A stretch of 64,000 nucleotides of DNA from Macrostomum lignano (Eukaryota): positions 318,961 through 382,960 of the forward strand of contig NIVC01001007.1 in assembly GCA_002269645.1 (NCBI GenBank). Direction: 5' to 3'. The notes below the pieces were generated by a model. That model had not been told where the DNA came from and made no database searches. It saw nothing but the letters and a program-made list of their open reading frames with translations. Position 1 is the first letter of the stretch, and the number at the start of each line of letters is the position of its first letter. Positions 23,688-35,200 of the stretch are shown piece after piece. Position numbers and translations under genes: made by a program.

Positions 23688-26150
23688 TTAACCTTTCGAT
23701 TTATTAAAAGCGTTAGTGAATGGTTGAACTCGCGGAAATGACGTCGTTGGCTTAAAAGTGAATCTATCAGCAAAGCCGCGTGACTGGCGTGGCTGCTGCT
23801 GTTGAAACTGCTGACGCTGCGCCTGCTGCTGTTGAGGCGGACCTGGCGGCGGCACTGACGGAGGAGCGCGAGGCGGCGGCGGCGGCGGAGGCGGTCGACT
23901 AGCAACACCTTTTGAAGGGCCCGTTGAAGGCGTTGGAGCCGGCCTAGGGTGCTGCGGCACTGGCGGCGGCCGCTGCTGCTGTGACTGCGGAGGCAAACTA
24001 GGAATCCCGGCTGCTTTTAAACCGGGCATTGCTTTGTTAATAGCCGCTTCTGGCGAGGGCGCCTTTCCAACTGGCGGTACGGGAGGCGGAGGCGGCTTCT
24101 GCTGCTGTACAGCTGGCGTCGTTGGCGAAACTGGCTTCTGGCTCTGCGACGGCGGTGGCGGTGGCGGCCCAGATGCGGCTGGCACTGCAGGCTTCAAACC
24201 CGGAGATGGAGGCGGCGGAGGCGGCCCAGATGCGGCTGGCACTGCGGGCTTCAAACCCGCAGATGGAGGCGGCGGAGGCGGCCCAGATGCGGCTGGCACT
24301 GCGGGCTTCAAACCCGCAGATGGAGGCGGCGGAGGCGGCCCAGATGCGGCTGGCACTGCAGGCTTCAAACCCGCAGATGGAGGCGGCGGAGGCGGCCCAG
24401 ATGCGGCTGGCACTGCAGGCTTCAAACCCGGAGATGGAGGCGGCGGAGGCGTTGTTGCTGCAGCTGGTGGGGCATTCGAAGCCGTCGGCTTCAGATTAGC
24501 CGCGGGCGGAGGCGGAGCACCCGAGGTGGCAGCAGCGGCGGGGATGAACGGCTTTGGACCGGGCCGAGAGGCTTTCTGAGCTCCGCCTCCGCCGCCACCT
24601 GGGCCCCCTCCGCCTCCGCCAGCTTTATTCTGGCGACGGGCGATGCGAGCTGCCAGCTCGTCTTGCAGAGAGCCGCCGCCGCCGCCCATTGAAAACGGAG
24701 CTGCGGGCCTCGGTCCCGACGAGGTGTCATCGCCTCCGCCTCCCCCGCCAGCTGCTGGAGACGGTCTGGCCGACGACGGGCCGTTGCCTGGGCAATGGTG
24801 GATATTTTGACAGTGCCTATAAGCAAAACCGTTCATTTCAATCAAAATATAAGAGCCAGAAGCAGCCAACGAAAACCTGGGAGGGTGACACCCAGTTGCT
24901 GAGTTTCTGGGAGGCTGGCCCAGCAACTGAGGATCTGTGAGGCTGGCCCAGCAACTGACACTCTGGGAGGCCGGCCCAGCAACTGAGGATCTGGGAGGCT
25001 GGCCCAGCAACTGAGCATCTGGGAGGCTGGCCCAGCAACTGAGGATCTGGGAGGCTGGCCCAGCAACTGAGCATCTGGGAGGCTGGCCCAGCAACTGAGG
25101 ATCTGGGAGGCTGGCCCAGCAACTGAGGATCTGGGAGGCTGGCCCAGCAACTGAGCATCTGGGAGGCTGGCCTAGCAACTGAGGATCTGGGAGGCTGGCC
25201 CAGCAACTAAGGATCTGGGAGGCTGGCCCAGCAACTGAGGATCTGGGAGGCTGGACCAGCAACTGAGGATCTGGGAGGCTGGCCCAGCAACTGAGCATCT
25301 GGGAGGCTGGCCCAGCAACTGAGGATCTGGGAGGCTGGCCCAGCAACTGAGGATCTGGGAGGCTGGACCAGCAACTGAGGATCTGGGAGGCTGGCCCAGC
25401 AACTGAGGATCTGGGAGGCTGGCCCAGCAACTGAGGATCTGGGAGGCTGGACCAGCAACTGAGGATCTGGGAGGCTAGCCCAGCAACTGAGGATCTGGGA
25501 GGCTGGCCCAGCAAATGACACTCTACGAGGCTGGCCCAGCAACTGAGGATCTGGGAGGCTGGCCCAGCAACTGGATTTGGGAGGCTGGCCCAGCAACTGG
25601 ATCTGGGAGGCTGGCCCAACAACTGAGCATCTGGGAGGCTGGCCCAGCAAATGACACTCTGGGAGGCTGGCCCAGCAACTGAGGATCTGGGAGACTGGCC
25701 CAGCAACTGAGGATCTGGGAGACTGGCCCAGCAACTGAGGATCTGGGAGGCTGGCCCAGCAACTGAGGATCTGGGAAGCTGGCCCAGCAACTGAGGATCT
25801 GGAAAGGTAACTATAATATTTGTGAAGCCATAAGCTCACTGAGGTATCAGGGGGAGCAGTGCAGCAGCTCACTGAAAACAGCAGAAATAAATAAATGAGC
25901 ACAAGTCCATAGACTCACTTGGCTTGTCCGATCCAACTAGTGCAGTGCTGCGATCATTTTTCTCGCTTTCAGGCACTTTCTTTAGCCGTGTACCTTTCTG
26001 AATGGCGCCCAGCAGGGCATTTCTATCGTTCCCACCGCCGGGAGGCTTTGGAGCTCCGCCGCTTGGTGCCTTCGGAGCCGAGGGTGCTGGCGGAGGCGGC
26101 GGCGGAGGCGGTGGCGGTGGAGGCGGCGGTGGCGGCGGAGGTGGCGGCAT
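23688..26150 (-). CDS. WIPF: WIP/verprolin-like proline-rich WH2 protein
   Basis: Exon 26150-25919 encodes poly-Pro followed by the WH2 motif DRNALLGAIQKGTRLKKV. Exon 24787-23688 is Pro-rich and contains a second WH2-like SLQDELAARI and the WASP-binding-like FADRFTFKPTTSFP. The 3' end is uncertain because a donor near 23692 is possible. Confidence 0.82.
24890..25805 (-). repeat. 28-bp minisatellite (GAGGATCTGGGAGGCTGGCCCAGCAACT)n in the WIP intron
   Basis: About 32 units. The reverse complement matches the ARH1 intron 4 unit. Confidence 0.93.
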
Positions 26151-26592
26151 GTGGACGATAGTACAGGTTAGAAGAGTGACTGCAATTGTAAAAAATGTTG
26201 ATTGAACTTCTCTTTTAGTTCCTGAAAGATGCTAAACTGCAAACGGCTCTTATTAACGTTTAAATAGAGTGGAAAATCTATTTTTAGACTCTGGTGCTTT
26301 TTTATACAATGCCCAGCTAATGAGATAATTGTGCTTTAAGTTATTTGCGTTGCGCACTACTGACTCATATTGTTCAAAATTGGCATATAGAGTAAGCTGA
26401 ATACTCCTGCACTATATGCATGATTAATCTAGTATGATTCGAGGGACATACAGGTACATGCGCAACCCCTCTGATTTAAAAAGTAAGTCGGTGTGACTTA
26501 CTTTTTGACCCAACATGCAACTTACCTATGAAATAAACCTAAGCAGAAGGGCCTGTCAACTTAACCTCATAAAGTGGAGCCTGAGTAACCTA

Positions 26593-27877
26593 TGTACACA
26601 AATGATACATCATTCTGCCCACAATGATACCAGGAATATGTAAACTAATGATACATCATTCTGCCCACAATGATACCAGGAATATGTAAACTAATGATAC
26701 ATCATTCTGCCCACAATGATACCAGGAATATGTAAACTAATGATACATCATTCTGCCCACAATGATACCAAGAATATGTAAACTAATGATACATCATTCT
26801 GCCCACAATGATACCAGGAATATGTAAACTAATGATACATCATTCTGCCCACAATGATACCAAGAATATGTAAACTAATGATACATCATTCTGCCCACAA
26901 TGATACCAAGAATATGTAAACTAATGATACATCATTCTGCCCACAATGATACCAAGAATATGTAAACTAATGATACATCATTCTGCCCACAATGATACCA
27001 AGAATATGTAAACTAATGATACATCATTCTGCCCACAATGATACCAAGAATATGTAAACTAATGATACATCATTCTGCCCACAATGATACCAAGAATATG
27101 TAAACTAATGATACATCATTCTGCCCACAATGATACCAAGAATATGTACACTAATGATACATCATTCTGCCCACAATGATACCAGGAATATGTACACTAA
27201 TGATACATCATTCTGCCCACAATGATACCAGGAATATGTACACTAATGATACATCATTCTGCCCACAATGATACCAAGAATATGTAAACTAATGATACAT
27301 CATTCTGCCCACAATGATACCAGGAATATGTAAACTAATGATACATCATTCTGCCCACAATGATACCAAGAATATGTAAACTAATGATACATCATTCTGC
27401 CCACAATGATACCAGGAATATGTACACTAATGATACATCATTCTGCCCACAATGATACCAAGAATATGTAAACTAATGATACATCATTCTGCCCACAATG
27501 ATACCAGGAATATGTACACTAATGATACATCATTCTGCCCACAATGATACCAAGAATATGTAAACTAATGATACATCATTCTGCCCACAATGATACCAGG
27601 AATATGTACACTAATGATACATCATTCTGCACACAATGATACCAGGAATATGTACACTAATGATACATCATTCTGCACACAATGATACCAGGAATATGTA
27701 CACTAATGATACATCATTCTGCCCACAATGATACCAGGAATATGTACACTAATGATACATCATTCTGCCCACAATGATACCAGGAATATGTACACTAATG
27801 ATACATCATTCTGCCCACAATGATACCAGGAATATGTAAACTAATGATACATCATTCTGCCCACAATGATACCAGGA
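26593..27877. repeat. 46-bp minisatellite (TGTAAACTAATGATACATCATTCTGCCCACAATGATACCAGGAATA)n
   Basis: About 28 highly homogeneous units upstream of the WIP ATG. Confidence 0.95.
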
Positions 27878-30080
27878 AGCAGGGTTTGGAAAAAAAGCAA
27901 CAAAAATTGAACTTGGGAGAAAAAGCAAGGCAATAATTTGAGGACTATTTTGTCAACTTAAGCTCATAGAGTCCCTAATTCTCCCCTTGCTTGCCAAACC
28001 CAGCAGCTCTCTAGTGTGATTGTGAGCAGAATGATATAATGTTTGTTTATGGCTTATATATAATTTAATTAGGCTCCACTTTATGAGCTTAAGTTAACAG
28101 GCCCTTTAATGTATTAGTACAATTTTGGGTGAATAGTAGGAGTTAATATAACTGTATTATAAGGCTAAATACCTCATCATTGATTTATTACTATGTCCAT
28201 ATATTTGGATAGGCATTTTTGCAACTTAGGTTGGCTGTGCCCCTCACCCACCAGCCAAAATGTATATGCATGTATAATTTGAGATATTGTTGACTAAACT
28301 TAATTGGTGCTTTTGCATTTGGAGTTAAACTAGTCTTTGATAAGTTTAGAGACAGTAAATAATCTATGTACTTTAAAGAACATATTTCTTAAAATTTATA
28401 AATGTGCCACCATTACTGATTAGATAATAGTTATCCTACTAAAATTTAGAGTTTAAAAGTTTATAAACATCAAACTGAGTCAAGAACTATAGAAAATTCT
28501 TTCTTTCATTTGTTATATTAATGATTACAAGGAATCCCTAAATGCTTTTGACTTTAAATATTGCTCATAAAAACTAAAATCCTAATTTCAATAACTTGAT
28601 TGTCAAAGAAAATTTGACTAAGTACAAAAATTATCCAAAATCTAAGCTTGGTTGGACCTACTAGTTTAGTCTTAATAATGCAGGCTCTAAATACAAAGCA
28701 TAAAAAAGAAAACAAAAATAATGAAATTGAAGCTTCATATTTAACATATATCTAAATATTTATTGACAAAGCAAAATTCTTTAGAAAACTTATCAAATAT
28801 TTTTTCATCTGAAAACCTAAAAAATCATCTAGTGACTTCATCTAGTAGCATAAAAGTAATAATTAAATTTTTTTTTCAAGAAAGAGTGTTGCTTAACCTG
28901 ATAGATATGAATAAGATAATGAATTTGCTAGCAGGGTCCAATAATTATATTTTTGTTAGCCTAGCCTATTGGAAGAGGATAATGGCTATAGCTTCTATTA
29001 TTGTATATAATGGCCATGTAGTTACCACAGACATAACTTATTGATATAAGGCCTAATAAAAAATATAAAAATAGAATATTCAATATAAAGCAACAAATTG
29101 TATTATATAATTTAAAAACAAAATGAGAAATGACTTTGTTTAGGACATAAAACTTTATTGTATTATATATAATTATTAAAATATATATTAGGCTAAAAAT
29201 ATTAGCTTCCATGGTATATATATTTGGGTGGCATTGGCAATGTCCTAGTTTCCTACATTAAATTATTTTGACCCAAAATTTGAAACAAACAAACAAAAGC
29301 AAGTTTATTCAAGATTTAAAATGAGTCTTTGGTCTTAAAACAGTATTACATAGTGCAGTAATGTGTTAGCTAGTACAGAAAGTTGCTAAAGCTCTTTTTG
29401 GGTAGAGTTGGCACTAGAGAAATTTGCTAAGCTAGGAGTCAAAAAGATCATCACTGGTGCCAAGTTGACTACAAAAATTTGCCTTCACATGAGCCCAGGT
29501 GCCTTCAATGGTATTCTTAATGACTGATCTCAAGGTCATAGAAGTTGGCCAATGGCCACAAATTGGCAGGAGGTAGGATATTTACAAGTGCTTGAGGTTA
29601 TCCAGCCATGATTTACACTGAAAATAATGAAAATCAGGTCAAAATAACTTAAATGCAGGAAACTAAGACATTCCATTTGGGTTGAAAGTGATTTAATCTG
29701 CTACATTTTATTTGCCACTTCTATATCTGCTAATATTTGTGGAGTCATTTTGTTTGTTATGAAAAGCTATATATCAAGTTGTGGGACTTAGAATGGTGAT
29801 GGAACAAGGTGGCCAGACCAATGTGGCCACAAAGCAAAAAATTTTGAAAAAGAAATAAATAAAACTAAAAGTGCTGCTTATATACAAGCAATATGGTTCT
29901 TAATTTTAAGTAAATAAAGTTTTATAAGTAAGAAGTTGTTACATTTGCATGATCATTATCAATTATCATTAACAGAGTTTAATTAGGCACTTAGGTTTAG
30001 GTAAATGGAATACATTTGTAATGTAATGTAATATTGTAACTTCTCATCATACATAGGCCCTACTTTATAATTATATGACA

Positions 30081-30387
30081 CCCGCATAGCAAAATTACGT
30101 ATCCAATAGAAAGTGGGACGTCTCCAATACGTAACTTTTTTGGTTGCAGGAACGTCCTTGATACGTATCCAATTTTTATGATCCTCTAAAGAAGCTCGTT
30201 TCTACAAAAATGGTGAACAGATAATGCTTGTAATTTTATTGATTATTTATTCCACCATTTTTGTAGAAACGAGCTTCTTTAGAGGATCATAAAAATTGGA
30301 TACGTATCAAGGACGTTCCTGCAACCAAAAAAGTTACGTATTGGAGACGTCCCACTTTCTATTGGATACGTAATTTTGCTATGCGGG
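30081..30387. mobile_element. Perfect foldback / MITE-like element with 135-bp arms and a 37-bp spacer
   Basis: 30081-30215 is the exact reverse complement of 30253-30387. Termini are CCCG...CGGG, flanked by ACA on both sides (possible 3-bp TSD). Confidence 0.8.
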
Positions 30388-32214
30388 ACATGACAATTAA
30401 AGTAACATGCCAATTAATTACTATCTAAGTTATGGTATATTATGTTCTTTTTTGCATTTTTGGTCTCATTGGCTTGTCATTAATGTTAGTTACCTATAAT
30501 TTGTCATTATTTATGCAAATTTGTTAATCAGTAAGAGTTAGTGCAAAATCTTACATTGAATATTTAATAAATTCTTATTAATGCTTATTAATGGATTAGC
30601 ACTTATTAACGTAATGGTGTCCGTATTTACTTAAAACAATCTGTATTTATACCAATAGATAATGAAGACGAATTCGTACCAATAGATAATCAAGACAAAA
30701 TAAATTCTATGGTATCTGACGAATTTTACAAGCTTAAAGTTTCATGAGTGTACAAAAAATTGCGGACATTAATCTTTTAAAACGCGTTAAGTTTAGTTAG
30801 GACTCAAACAGCGTTTGTTTATGCCGAGAAAAAATTATGTTCTTTTGTAAAAATATTTATTAGTCAAATTTTATTTAACGATTGTCTACTTTATGCATTT
30901 TAATAAAATCTAGTAATAAAGGTTTTGTTTTAACTTACATATACTGAACTCTTTACAAATTTTTAACAAATATATTTTCGCTCCATTTTGAAGGCGCAAA
31001 ACCAGATTCAATTTACTCTACAACCTCCTAAATTTGTGCTTAGAAGTGTGATTGTAAACCTATTCATATTGTTCATATTTCCAGCGTATATGGTCAAAAT
31101 AAGTGCTTAATTCAGTTTTGTCCCAAAAAGTCTATGAAATTTGCGATTCATTTAAGTTACTCTCTTAAAACTGTGATATAATAGGTGAGTCCATTTGCTT
31201 TGACCTGCTTTCGCTTAATTGTTAATACTGGTGTGTTTAAACTGTTAGATATATAAAAATTTTACTTATTGTCTATTGTTTATTTATCCTACACTAACTC
31301 TTCAATTATTTCGTTTAAAACCTCAGCCATAATGTCAAAGATAAGCAAGATAGGCCTAACTCTATAATTGTTAATTGATCATCACCCAGTGACCTAGGTT
31401 CATTTTTACTATTTAAATAAGGAAATACATAAAAACCTTGAGACCATAGCCTGTATTACTAAACAAAAACAATATATGACATATGGTTACAATGTTGTGT
31501 GTTTAATATTTTTTATTAATTTTATAATTATAAAATTATCATAATTAAGAGTAAGACAACCTATGATGGCTATGAATCATTATTTATTTCACTATTTTAA
31601 ATGTACAATGCTCAACAGTTTAGGAGAGAGCCTACTAGATACTATCTTTATTATTATAATCTAACAATGCTTACTTTTTGATCAGTTTTTTTCTATATTA
31701 GTATATAATTTGTATAGATAGGCCTAAATTTAATTGATAAATAGGCCTGAAGTAAAAATTTTAGCTTTATTCAAATTATTTAACATAATTCATTATAATA
31801 TGAATTATATATACTATATTATTTAATTTTATACCATAACTCAAAATTCAAATTCAATTCCATAATTCAAAATTTAATAACTCTGAATTTAATAGCCTTA
31901 TTTTTATTTTATATTAAAGTTAACAATTAAAATCTTTTAAATGATTAATAAATATTTATACATTTCATAATAGGCTGTTTTGGTTATGGAAAATAATTTA
32001 AAGTAAACAATTTTATAGAGTTGATATATTGTCTTTGGTAGTTTATTTCATTTAATTAATTTAATGTGAAATATTATCAAGAAACTAAGATGTTAATATT
32101 TTTTAGAGTTTTATAGAATTTTAATTTAACTAAACCTTGTTCAATATTTTTACCTATGTGAATGAAAATAATTAAGCAATTCTTACAAAATAAAATTTTC
32201 ACAGGCCAAACATA

Positions 32215-35200
32215 ATGCGAACAAAAACTCAGCCAGGTGGCAGCAACAGTTGCAAGTCTTCATCTGGCGCCCCATCTGAAGCTGGCGATGTCTCTGTCCC
32301 TGCCACAGCCTCCATGGCTACCTCTAGCACTGCTGCTACCTCGCCAACCCCAGTGAAGAAGTCAGATCGCCTGGCTAAAAAGCGACTCCTTGGCGGCCCC
32401 CTGACTGGTCTGGCCGCAGCTGCCATGGCCGCCATCTCCCGGCCAGCCAAGCGAGCTCGAACTTCAACAGCTGGCAGAGCTGCCAGTCCCAGTGTCAGCC
32501 AAGATCCCGCCGCAGAAGCGGCTGGCTTGTCCAACCAATCTACTAAGCCGTCAAAGCGCGGCCGACCGCCAAATCCTGATAAAATTTCGCGGCCTGTCAC
32601 CCAGCGACGGTCTGTGGGCCGACCGCCAACTAAAGCTCTGCAGGTGCCAATGAAGGTGATGCATCAATACGAGGAGCGCCAGCAGCAACTGAGGCGCAAA
32701 GCCGCCGCTTTAAAAGATCAGGCTAGTGATGAGCAGGCTCAGAAACAGGAGCAACAGGCTCCTCTGCTGCCATTGGCTGCTCAGCGTCGTAGCCTCGATA
32801 CCAATGTTGTTGTTAGGCTTCGCAGGCTGAGCTCAAACGATGCCGAGGTTCTAGCAGCCGCCGCCGCTGCTAGGGACGCTATCTCTTCGTTACCAGGGAG
32901 ACGGTCTACAGACACATTGGAGTGCAATAAGCAATTGAAACGGTTGGTTAAATTAAATTGTATTTTCATGTTAATAGTCTTTCTTTGTGTGCTAGGGATG
33001 TTATTTGACTTACCTGTAATCTTGGTACATAAATTATTATGAAAGATAAAGTACAAGACAATCACGAACTGTTAGAACCAGCAGAATGATGGAAAGTTTA
33101 GAGTAGAAAGATTAATATACATAAGGTAAAACAGATAGGAAGCACATGAGAATGCGATTGAAGATGTAGGGGATTAGCATCAATGAAATAGAAGATTTGA
33201 GATATGTATGATTTAGGATATGGGGGATCAGAAACTGGAGATTATATATTTTGGGGTTCAGGGACGTACATGATTTGAGATATTGGGGATCAGGGACCTA
33301 CGGGATTTGGAATATTGGGAATCAGGGACACACGGGATTAAGGATATTGGGGATCAGGGACCTACGGGATTTGGAATATTGGGAATCAGGGACACACGGG
33401 ATTAAGGATATTGGGGATCAGGGACCTACGGGATTTGGAATATTGGGGATCAGGGACACACGTGATTAAGGATACTGGGTATCATGGAAATACGGGATTA
33501 AGGATATTGGAGATCAGGGACACACGGGATTAAGGATATTGGGGATCAGGGACACACGAGATTAATGATATTGGGGATCAGGGACACACGGGATTAAGGA
33601 TATTGGGGATCAGGGACACACGGGATTAATGATATTGGGGATCAGGGACGTACAGCATTTGGGTATTGAAGATCAGAGGTGTCGAATAGTCATGTCCCCA
33701 TGCCTGATCTCTATGTTCCTAATCCCCTATATTCTTATCTCCCGAATAAAAGAGACTAATGGTGCTCTCAAATTCACAGGCTGGTATCGTCACTGCGAGA
33801 CGTGTGCCCAGCCGGCTACCGGGCCTGCTCCCTGATCGATCCTGGCGAAGTCAACGCCGAGGCCGAAGCAAAAGTAGCCGGCCTGGCCTGTCTTGGCCTG
33901 GTGCCATCTGAGGCTGGGCAGGCTATCCGGGAAGCTATCCAGGTTTGTTTCGCAGTTTCTGCGTTTTGAGTTAGCAGCCCCGCTGGATGTTAGATAGATC
34001 GTCTGAGTTTTACACTCTTTTTTTCAGAATTTCAGACAGATCTTGTCAGTTTGAAATAGACGCCAGATTTAGATTGACCTCAATTTTAGAGAGACCCTGG
34101 TTTTAAGTTAGACCTCAGTTTTAGGTAGACCCACAGTTTGAGTTTTAGATAGACCCTCAGTTTTAGATAGACCCCATTTTTAGATTGACCTCAGGTTTAG
34201 ATTGACCTCAGTTTTAGATAGACCCCATTTTTAGATTGACCTTAGTTTTAGATAGACCTTAGTTTTAGAGAGACCCAGGTTTTTAGTTAGACCTCAGTTT
34301 TAGATAGATGTCCGTTTTAGTTGGATCAACCCAGTTTTAGATAGACCTCTCTATCGTAGACCTCAAAGCTTGAGTCTCCACCCACCCGCTATGCAGGGCC
34401 AGGCGCTCCGGCTGCAGCTTCACCGAGCCACATCGTCTCGCCAGCCAATGCGGCTCTGCCGTCACGTGCACAAGCGCAAGCCCGACCCCAACATCCTGGT
34501 GCTGCACAACGGCAAGTACATCTCCAAGGAGGAGGTCCGGCAGCAGAAGCAGGCTGCTCAAGTTGCTAACGCCGCAGCCGCCGCCGCCTCCTCCATGGAA
34601 CAGCAGAAGCGTCGTCGCCTAGCAACCGGCCTAGCAACCGCTTCAAGTTCGAAAACAACAACGGGAGGTCGACGGCGTCACGCCGGGCAGGAGCATCGGC
34701 ATCGACTGTGGCCGCTCTGCCGGCAGCCAAACCTTCGGGCGTCCAGCCAGCCGACTTTCAGCCTGCACCCGGGCTCCGCTAAGTTTGTCAAAGATGCCGA
34801 CGTGGCCAGCGACTCGCTTGGCGGAGTTCTGTCCGAGGACGACTTCGAAGAGGAATACGAGGAGGAGCTGCTGGATGAAGAGCCGGACGATGGCGAGGAC
34901 TCTGAAGGCGTTGCCAGTTCCGTTGAACCGGCTGGCACGGCCAAATCAACTGCTTCCAGCGGCTCGCAAGGATTCGAAGTGGCCGGTCTGGCTCAGGGTC
35001 AGACAGACGATCCTGCTAGCGAGAAGCAGAGTCTGCAACGACGAAAGCAGCAGACTCGACCGGAAGCACTGCAGAGCTCCGAAGATCGGCATCAGTCCAT
35101 GATCAAGCGGGAGCCGCGGGTTGCCATTCGCCGATTCGGTAAGCGTCGTCAAGTCGGCACAGCGGCGGCGGCGGCGGCGGCTTCAAGGAAGAAGCAGGAA

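Noticed and set aside
1855-27877. Regular 23-46 bp arrays as possible CRISPR arrays
   Set aside because: Units are head-to-tail with no unique spacers, there are no cas genes, and the context is eukaryotic introns.
28763-29212. AT-rich ORFs in the intergenic region
   Set aside because: Low-complexity I/N/F/K composition expected by chance in AT-rich DNA, with no recognisable motif.
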